DNA from: Thermodesulfobacteriota bacterium
GTDB lineage: Bacteria; Desulfobacterota; Desulfobacteria; Desulfobacterales; C00003060
Direction of reading: 5' to 3'
NCBI GenBank assembly: GCA_034189385.1
Contig: JAXHVD010000005.1
Location: 1-64,000, forward strand
DNA: 64,000 nt
Position 1 is the stretch's first letter, and each line of letters opens with the position of its first letter. Shown piece by piece: positions 41,776-49,038 of this stretch. A program made the position numbers and the translations under genes. The notes below the pieces were generated by a model. It was not told the origin of the DNA. It did no database searches and saw only the letters and a program-made list of their open reading frames with translations.

Positions 41776-44700
41776 TTGACAGAGTCATCCATAGTAGACT
41801 TCCTTGCTAGCGTTGAGTTCTTCTCTCCTTTTATATATCGAGAACTGGAGCAATTGGCCGGATATGCCGAGTCGTTGCACTTCGAGTTTGGGGACACCAT
41901 ATGCACCTCTGGCGACACGGCCCAAGGCCTCTTCGTCATCAAGGCGGGGCGGGTGAGACTCTTTACCGAAGACAGGGGCAAAGAGAGGAGCATAGGGGTT
42001 CGCGAACCTGGGGACACCTTTGGCGAGGTCTCGGTTTTGGAAGAGCCAACGCTCGACTATTCGGCCCGCGCCTCTAGCAAGGTGGAGATCCTTTTCTTGC
42101 CTCGCCAGCCGGTCATGGATTTGTTGGCGAAAAACGAGGCAGCAAAGGGTTTTATCGCACGATATGTGGCCTTGAAGGTGAGCGGTGCTGTGGTGACCCA
42201 GCTTTTCAACCTTCGCTCCAAGGTGGACCGCGGAGAGATCGAAGAGATTATCAAGGGCATTGGCATTAAGCGCGTGAAGGCAGGAGAGAAGATCCTTGTC
42301 CAAGAGGGCGCTGAAGATCGACGGCTGTACATCGTGCGAGAGGGCAAAGTAAGTATTGTAAAGGAGGAAGAGGGTTCGGAGTATTCTTTAATGAGTCTGG
42401 GACCAGGGGAAGTGTTCGGAGAAAAGGCCTGCCTCCTTTATTCGACGCAGCCGGCTACGGCCGTTGCAGACACGGACAGTGTCCTGATGGCCGTGCCACA
42501 AGAGACCATCCACTTCATTCTGGAGCGTAATCCTGGCCTGCGGGAGGTGTTGGAGGAACGCATCCATTTCGCCGAGAAGGAATTGGAGCGGAGAAGAAAA
42601 GTTGCCGAGCGCAGGAAAAAACGTCTTCTCTTTGACATCAAGTCCAAGCCCAAAATGGGGGAGCGCATTATCAAGCGGTTTCCCCTAGTAGAGCAGGCCG
42701 AGGAAATGGATTGCGGTGCGGCCTGTCTTGCCATGATCTGCAAGTACTATGACATCCCTGTGACCCTGGGAAAACTGAGGGAGATGGCCAATGTGACCAT
42801 TGAAGGTGCTACCATGGAAAGCCTGGCACGTGTGGGTGAATCCTTGGGCTTTGCGACAAAGGGCGTCCGATGCACCTACAAATCCATGCTCAGTTTTGAG
42901 CTTCCCTTTGTAGCACACTGGGAAGGATATCACTACATTGTGGTGTACGGCATTTCCAAGTCCCATGTTTGGGCTGCTGACCCGGGGGTGGGGTTTAGGA
43001 AGATGTCCGTGTCGGAGTTTGAACAGGGGTGGACGGGCAATAACCTGTTGTTTTCCCCCACCGGGGCCCTCGCTCAGATCGCCGTTGAGCAGTCCCCCTG
43101 GCTTCGTTTTGTCGGCTATCTCAGTCCCTTTAAGAAGATCCTTCGGGACCTCATTTTTGCGTCCCTTATTGTCCAGTTGCTGGGCCTGGCCCCTCCTGTG
43201 ATCATACAGAACATCCTGGACAGGGTCGTGGTTCACCAGAACTATCACCTCCTCCATGTCATGATCGTGGGTCTGGCAATCACGATGATATTTAGCCAGG
43301 TCACGGGGTATCTCAGCGCTTACCTGTCAAATTTCATGATCCGCAAGATGGATTTCAACATGATGTCCCACTTCTATAAACATGTGCTTTCTCTGCCGAC
43401 GAGCTTTTTTGCCAAGCGGAAGGTGGGCGACATCATGGCCCGGTTTCAAGAAAATGACACCATCAGGCGGTTCATGACAGAGACCAGTATCAGGACCCTT
43501 ATAAGCACGCTGATGGTGTTTACCTATTTCATTGTCATGTTCATGTACAATGTAAAACTGACCCTTTTGCTACTCGCCTTTTTGCCGCCCATCATCCTCC
43601 TTACCCTCTTGGCCACACCCAAATACAAGGACTACGCCCGGCGCAGTTTCTATGCCGAAGCTGATGCCCAATCCCTTCTCGTAGAAACATTGGGCGGGGC
43701 AGAGACAGTGAAAGGGACAGGCATCGAGCGACCAATGCGCCTAAAATGGGAGAAAAAGTATGTCAAGACCCTGGACCTGCGTTATCGTTGCGAAATGTTC
43801 ACCAGCCTGGTGGGGACTCTGGGCCAAACGTTAAAAGCGGCCACGACGCTTACGCTATTGTGGGTGGGGTCCAGGATGGTTCTGGCCCAGGAGCTTACCA
43901 TTGGCCAATTGATGGCTTTTAATGCCCTTATCGGCAGCGTGATGACACCCCTCATGGGCCTCGTGGGGGTTTGGGATGAGCTTCAAGAAACGCTCATTTC
44001 CATGGAGCGGCTGGGCGACGTGCTGGAGCTAGAGTCTGAGCAGAAGCCAGAAGAGGTCCCCGCCAAAGTGGTGCTTCCTGACCTGAAGGGAGACATACGC
44101 TTCGAGAATGTCTATTTTCGGTATGGTGGCAAGGAAACCCCTTATGTGCTGGAAAACATCAACATGGACATTCAGGCCGATACGACAGTGGCCATTGTTG
44201 GGCACAGCGGTTCAGGTAAAACCACACTGGCCAAAATGCTGGTGGGTTTCTATCGGCCCAGTGAAGGGAAAATATTCGTTGATGGTTATGATATTGGCAT
44301 GCTCGATGTAGAGTACTACCGTGCTCAAATTGGCTACGTCATGCAGAGTAATCTCCTCTTTTCGGGAACGGTCTCTGAAAACATTGCCGTGGGTGAGCAG
44401 AATCCGGACCCGAGACGCATTGCCGAGGCGGCCAGACTGGCTGATGCCCATGGGTTTATTGGCAACTTGCCTTTGGGTTACGAACAGGTCGTTGGTGAAA
44501 GGGGAATAGGCTTGTCCGGTGGGCAGATTCAGCGCATTTGTATTGCCCGTGCCCTTTACCGTGATTCAAGATTGTTGATTTTTGATGAAGCCACATCTGC
44601 CTTGGACAGCGAATCTGAAAGTCATATCCAGATGAATATGCGAAAGATCCTCAAGGGCAGGACTGCCATTATCATCGCCCACAGACTGAGCACCGTCATG

Positions 44701-44835
44701 CATGCTGACAGGATACTGGTCCTCTATGATGGGGCTATTGTGGAGGAAGGAAACCATCAAGAGCTGTTAGAGAGAAAGGGCATGTACTTTCATCTTGTCC
44801 AGAAACAGATATCTTCGGGAGAGATTAAGTCATGA
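41776..44835 (+). CDS. Peptidase-containing ABC transporter (2x cNMP-binding, C39, TMD, NBD)
   Basis: Two CRP-type domains (GDTFGE, GEVFGE); QAEEMDCGAACL, HYIVVY, ADP catalytic triad intact; GHSGSGKT, LSGGQ, IFDEATS; TTG start after AGGAGG. Confidence 0.95.
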   Translation: MTESSIVDFLASVEFFSPFIYRELEQLAGYAESLHFEFGDTICTSGDTAQGLFVIKAGRVRLFTEDRGKERSIGVREPGDTFGEVSVLEEPTLDYSARASSKVEILFLPRQPVMDLLAKNEAAKGFIARYVALKVSGAVVTQLFNLRSKVDRGEIEEIIKGIGIKRVKAGEKILVQEGAEDRRLYIVREGKVSIVKEEEGSEYSLMSLGPGEVFGEKACLLYSTQPATAVADTDSVLMAVPQETIHFILERNPGLREVLEERIHFAEKELERRRKVAERRKKRLLFDIKSKPKMGERIIKRFPLVEQAEEMDCGAACLAMICKYYDIPVTLGKLREMANVTIEGATMESLARVGESLGFATKGVRCTYKSMLSFELPFVAHWEGYHYIVVYGISKSHVWAADPGVGFRKMSVSEFEQGWTGNNLLFSPTGALAQIAVEQSPWLRFVGYLSPFKKILRDLIFASLIVQLLGLAPPVIIQNILDRVVVHQNYHLLHVMIVGLAITMIFSQVTGYLSAYLSNFMIRKMDFNMMSHFYKHVLSLPTSFFAKRKVGDIMARFQENDTIRRFMTETSIRTLISTLMVFTYFIVMFMYNVKLTLLLLAFLPPIILLTLLATPKYKDYARRSFYAEADAQSLLVETLGGAETVKGTGIERPMRLKWEKKYVKTLDLRYRCEMFTSLVGTLGQTLKAATTLTLLWVGSRMVLAQELTIGQLMAFNALIGSVMTPLMGLVGVWDELQETLISMERLGDVLELESEQKPEEVPAKVVLPDLKGDIRFENVYFRYGGKETPYVLENINMDIQADTTVAIVGHSGSGKTTLAKMLVGFYRPSEGKIFVDGYDIGMLDVEYYRAQIGYVMQSNLLFSGTVSENIAVGEQNPDPRRIAEAARLADAHGFIGNLPLGYEQVVGERGIGLSGGQIQRICIARALYRDSRLLIFDEATSALDSESESHIQMNMRKILKGRTAIIIAHRLSTVMHADRILVLYDGAIVEEGNHQELLERKGMYFHLVQKQISSGEIKS

Positions 44836-46100
44836 AAACGGGCTCTGTGGTATCCTTTGCTCGGCTCTTAGAGCGTATTGAGATTCTCCGTTCGGGCCTC
44901 CGCTGGGCCCCCCAGCTTGACCGTACGGGGGTCCAGAGGATCTTAAGGCAGGTGAACAAGTTACGCGAGGACGTCCTACTGCTTTCTGGGGTGGAAAGAT
45001 ACAAAAAGCGTATGCGTGAGAAGGCCCCGCCGAAGCCCAAGGCTGCTAAGAAGAGACTTCAGGCGCTCATGGACCGCAACTTTGTCTTTGAAGGGGTTTT
45101 TGGCGAAAACCCAAAGCTGCTGGAAGCCTTGGAAACAGTGGAAAGAGCTGCACGGACAGAGTTGCCCATCTTGATCGAAGGCGAGAGCGGCACAGGCAAA
45201 GAATTACTTGCCAAGCTCATCCACGCTGGAAGTGACCGGTCGGAGAAGACCTTTGTCTCCGTTAACTGTGGTGCCATCACCCCCAGTTTGCTGGAATCTG
45301 ATCTGTTCGGCCACGTCAAAGGGGCTTTCACGGGCTCTGTAAAGGACCGCAAAGGCAAGTTTGAGACCGCCAAAGACGGCATCATTTTTCTGGATGAGAT
45401 TGGTGAGCTTTCGGCGGAAAGCCAGGTCAAGCTCTTACGGGTGCTGGAAAGTGGCGAGATCCAGAGAGTCGGCTCAGATGAGGTCATTCGGGTAAACACC
45501 CGCGTCCTTGCAGCCACAAACCGCAACTTGTACCAGATGACGGCAGACGGGCAGTTCCGAGAGGACTTGTACTACCGTTTGAGCGTCATTTCCGTCACGT
45601 TACCCCCTCTTCGCGAGCGTACCGATGAGATCCCCCTGCTTATAGACTACTTCTGTGCCGAGGCATCGGAGAAGTTGAATCGTCCTGCTGTGAGGCTCTC
45701 TCCGCGACTCAGAAGATTTCTGCAAAAACACCCTTTTCCAGGAAACATCCGGGAGCTGCGAAACATCATCTACCGTGTAGCCTGTCTGGCCGATGAAGTG
45801 GCGGACCTAAGAGATCTGCCGGAGACCATACGCCCTTCGTCAGTGGGGCCCCAAGACGCAGTTGAAGGGCGGGCCCCAAGCCGATTTACTACCCTGGCCG
45901 AGGCCAGGAAGGCGGCTACCGACGCAGCGGAAAAAGAGTTTCTGGAAGAACACCTGACACAGACCCATGGAAACGTGACGCAGTTGGCCAAACACCTGGA
46001 GATGAATCGTTCCTACCTTCAGACGCTACTAAAGAGCCATGGGCTGCGGGCGAAAGATTTCAAAGGCAAGGCAACGTCTACAAAGAACTCTGAAAGATGA
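44832..46100 (+). CDS. sigma54-dependent activator (bEBP) lacking a recognisable sensory domain
   Basis: GESGTGKE, GAFTGS loop, FLDEIGE, FREDLYYRL, PGNIREL, Fis-type HTH; ATGA overlap with the transporter. Confidence 0.95.
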   Translation: MKTGSVVSFARLLERIEILRSGLRWAPQLDRTGVQRILRQVNKLREDVLLLSGVERYKKRMREKAPPKPKAAKKRLQALMDRNFVFEGVFGENPKLLEALETVERAARTELPILIEGESGTGKELLAKLIHAGSDRSEKTFVSVNCGAITPSLLESDLFGHVKGAFTGSVKDRKGKFETAKDGIIFLDEIGELSAESQVKLLRVLESGEIQRVGSDEVIRVNTRVLAATNRNLYQMTADGQFREDLYYRLSVISVTLPPLRERTDEIPLLIDYFCAEASEKLNRPAVRLSPRLRRFLQKHPFPGNIRELRNIIYRVACLADEVADLRDLPETIRPSSVGPQDAVEGRAPSRFTTLAEARKAATDAAEKEFLEEHLTQTHGNVTQLAKHLEMNRSYLQTLLKSHGLRAKDFKGKATSTKNSER

Positions 46101-46122
46101 AGGGGCCCACAGGCCCCTTTTT
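46100..46122. terminator. Terminator hairpin between the convergent bEBP and precursor 2 genes
   Basis: AAGGGGCC/GGCCCCTT stem followed by T-run on the plus strand. Confidence 0.7.
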
Positions 46123-46136
46123 GCTCTTTGTGACAG

Positions 46137-46364
46137 CTAAGCGCCCCAGCCGCCCCATGGCATGCCCCAGCCGCCCCATGGGTTTCCCCACCAGCCGGTA
46201 CCCCAGGAGGTGGAGCTGCTGCTTCTGCCGCCGCCGCCCCAGGGGGTCCACCACCAGCTCGAGCTGGAGCGCTGACTCCACCACCAACCGCCTGTCAAGC
46301 TCTTCAACGCCTCTTTGTCGAGCTCCATGTTCTTTTCCAGGTCCTTAACTTCAATGTTTGCCAT
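46137..46364 (-). CDS. Double-glycine leader precursor peptide 2 (Trp/Gly/Ser-rich core)
   Basis: MANIEVKDLEKNMELDKEALKSLTGG then WWWSQRSSSSWWWTPWGGGG...PWGGWGMPWGGWGA; AAGGAGA RBS; sigma54 promoter. Confidence 0.9.
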   Translation of the reverse strand: MANIEVKDLEKNMELDKEALKSLTGGWWWSQRSSSSWWWTPWGGGGRSSSSTSWGTGWWGNPWGGWGMPWGGWGA

Positions 46365-46430
46365 GTTCTATCTCCTTTCTTCTGATGTTTGTTCAACTCG
46401 CTCTTTCTTGAGGATCCGTCTCTAGACGTA

Positions 46431-46446
46431 TGCACTGCTCATGCCA
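46431..46446 (-). promoter_or_regulatory. sigma54 promoter C (precursor 2)
   Basis: TGGCATGAGCAGTGCA, GG-N10-GC. Confidence 0.8.
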
Positions 46447-46557
46447 GGTCGGGGTCTATCAGGCCATCCATCATGATAACGCTTTATAATTAATAGCTAA
46501 ATTGATGATGGAATCTGTCTTGCCTTGCAACCTATTGCAGCTAGTCCTTTGTTTTTT

Positions 46558-46620
46558 TGGTGTCTTTTACCCAACATAATCAACGGGGACTTGGAGGCAA
46601 GTGTTGGCTCCATCCTAACA
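46558..46620. promoter_or_regulatory. Tandem putative activator sites for promoter C
   Basis: TGGTGTCTTTTACCCAACA (46558) and TGTTGGCTCCATCCTAACA (46602), 44 bp apart. Confidence 0.6.
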
Positions 46621-46712
46621 ACGTGTTGCCAGGCCCCTTCCCACTGCTTGGCATCATTGCGACCTCCCGAAAAAGAGCGGATTTTCTGCCTGGCCCACGT
46701 CCATTCTTTGAT

Positions 46713-46764
46713 TGTTTGCAAAAAAGTAACATTTTGGTTTTCATTTGTTCTTCTAAACACAACA
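46713..46764. promoter_or_regulatory. Tandem putative activator sites for promoter D
   Basis: TGTTTGCAAAAAAGTAACA (46713) and TGTTCTTCTAAACACAACA (46746), 33 bp apart. Confidence 0.65.
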
Positions 46765-46874
46765 CAAACCAGACGTGAAGATTGGTCAAGTCGATCTGAA
46801 ACGACTTGCCGGGTTCGACATTTAATAGACATGATAACTGCTTATGGAAGAGCATGGGGGGACAGCCCGTAGGT

Positions 46875-46890
46875 TGGCACGGTAGATGCG
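46875..46890 (+). promoter_or_regulatory. sigma54 promoter D (towards the kinase operon)
   Basis: TGGCACGGTAGATGCG, GG-N10-GC. Confidence 0.75.
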
Positions 46891-47218
46891 ATGTAAATGA
46901 AACGAAGGAACCCTGAGGGGGCGAGGCGGATCTTCTCTGACTAAAGGTCGCTGCCGGTCTGCATGGCAGAGGCACCTACAGTGGTAGGTGAAAAAAGAGG
47001 GCACTGGCGGCATCGGGGGCAGAGCGGAGAGGGGTCCGAATGTTCTTGGCTCCATGAGGGTGTGGCCATTTTTTTGAGGCCAGCCGGCTATTGTTTTTTT
47101 GGAATCTTTGGTATATGAGATGACATAGTGAGGGGAAATAGTGGCTCTAGCCAATGAAATCTGCACGTACTACTCTGTGCAGTTTACTCCTCAGATACCG
47201 CAGATAGACTGGCCTCTT

Positions 47219-48952
47219 ATGTCCGAAGATGAAACCAAAATTAAGTCAGCTCTTGGTAAGAAGTATGAGATCAAGAGCCTGATCAACAGCGGAGGGATGG
47301 GTGCCGTCTACTTGGGCATCCATCGGGCCCTCGATAGGCCCGTGGCTATAAAGATCATCCATCAGGAGTTGAGCAAGGATGAGCAGCTCAGGAGGAGGTT
47401 CTGCCAAGAGGCCAAGTTGGCCGCAAGTCTCGATCATCCTGTCATCATTGACGTATACGATTTTGGCAGCAAAGATGATTTTGACTATATCATTATGCCC
47501 TATGTTGAGGGTAAAACGCTCCAAGACCGGCTCAAGGAAGCGGGCAAATTCGGAGTGCAGGAATGCTTAAGATTGATGATCAAACTAACAGATGCCCTTT
47601 GTTATGCACACAAGAAGAACGTGGTGCATCGGGACATCAAGCCATCAAATGTCATGATAGATAACCATGGACATCTTGTTCTCACTGATTTCGGCATCTC
47701 CAAGGACATGGGGGATCTTGGGCTTACTGTTCCCGGGAAAGTGCTCGGATCGCCGAAATACATGAGCCCTGAGCAGATTAGAGGGGAGGATGTGGACGGC
47801 AGAAGCGATCTGTACTCCTTGGGCTTGGTTTTCTACGAAATGATTACGGGTAAACATCCTTTTGAGGGCAAGGATGCCACCTCCATTTACTACGCCCAGG
47901 CCCACGAGATTCCCCCCAGGCCGGAAGAGTCTGTACTCGAAATCCCCGGTCAAGTGGGGGATATCATCATGAAGCTCCTTGAGAAGTCCCCGGAACAAAG
48001 GTACCAAGACAGTGGTCAATTGCTGAGGGATTTGGAGGGCCTTGGCCCTGGTCCTCCCAAGGAGCTAAGGATAGATGTCGATGCAACGTTGGTAGACCCC
48101 GAAACAGGACCTGATGGGAGGGGCAAGCCTTCTGCCCAGGACGCGAAGAAAGAAATCTCTCCATTAGGAAGGCCCAATGAAATGGCCGACGGTCTTGCCG
48201 AACAAGCACAGCCTTCGGCGAAAGACAGGAAGACTCCCAGATGGATGGTCCCTGCACTGGGAGCGACTCTAGTAGTTGTGGTCGGCATTGTGTGGGTCAT
48301 GCTCATGCCATCGACAAAAGACCCTGGGCCAAGCCCGACAGACAATCAGTCTCCACAAAGCCTTGAGAAAGAAAATGGGTCAAGCCTCTCTTCAATGGGT
48401 GTGGAAGTCCTCAAATCGGAAACGGAGAAGGAGTTGAGCTCTGAGCTGACTCAGGGTCTGGGGGCCAAACCCTCATTCGATTCAGTAGTAGAACGCTTGC
48501 TGGTCCTTGCTCAAGACAGAGAGGCCGTCTTTCTTCGGCTGTCAGTAGACAAGCCGAATTTTAAAATCGGCGAATCCATTTCCTACCATTTTCGATCAGA
48601 CAAGGCCTGCTATTTGGCATTGCTCAGTCTTACCACCGGCGGGGAACTCATTCAGGTTTTTCCCAACAAGTTCAACCCGGACCAATATATAGAGGCGAAA
48701 AGGGATTATGCCATTCCTGGAGAGAAGATGGATTTTGAATTGCATATTACAGGGCCGCCAGGGGAAGAAGAGCTTCTGGCCTTCGCAGCCGATGCGCCCT
48801 TTGACCTTTTCTCTGCCAGCTTTGAAGCTCAGCCCTTCTTCCAGGTGGACAAGGGTGACCAAAGGATACTGGATAGAATCATTAACAGAATACAAGAAAT
48901 GGAGAGAATCAACGTCGCACAGAGGCGTGTAAGCTATACAATAAGTGACTAA
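47219..48952 (+). CDS. Hanks-type Ser/Thr kinase with TM and C-terminal DUF4384-like domain
   Basis: GGMGAVY, VAIK, HRDIKPSN, DFG, GSPKYMSPEQ; TM; FKIGESI...IQVFPN...GPPGEE. Confidence 0.93.
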   Translation: MSEDETKIKSALGKKYEIKSLINSGGMGAVYLGIHRALDRPVAIKIIHQELSKDEQLRRRFCQEAKLAASLDHPVIIDVYDFGSKDDFDYIIMPYVEGKTLQDRLKEAGKFGVQECLRLMIKLTDALCYAHKKNVVHRDIKPSNVMIDNHGHLVLTDFGISKDMGDLGLTVPGKVLGSPKYMSPEQIRGEDVDGRSDLYSLGLVFYEMITGKHPFEGKDATSIYYAQAHEIPPRPEESVLEIPGQVGDIIMKLLEKSPEQRYQDSGQLLRDLEGLGPGPPKELRIDVDATLVDPETGPDGRGKPSAQDAKKEISPLGRPNEMADGLAEQAQPSAKDRKTPRWMVPALGATLVVVVGIVWVMLMPSTKDPGPSPTDNQSPQSLEKENGSSLSSMGVEVLKSETEKELSSELTQGLGAKPSFDSVVERLLVLAQDREAVFLRLSVDKPNFKIGESISYHFRSDKACYLALLSLTTGGELIQVFPNKFNPDQYIEAKRDYAIPGEKMDFELHITGPPGEEELLAFAADAPFDLFSASFEAQPFFQVDKGDQRILDRIINRIQEMERINVAQRRVSYTISD

Positions 48953-49038
48953 AAGGAGCTCAGCTACTGATTCTTTTTGATCCCTCTGCCAGGCAGGCTC
49001 CTCCGGACCATGAGTCACAATGAGAAAGGAGTACACAC

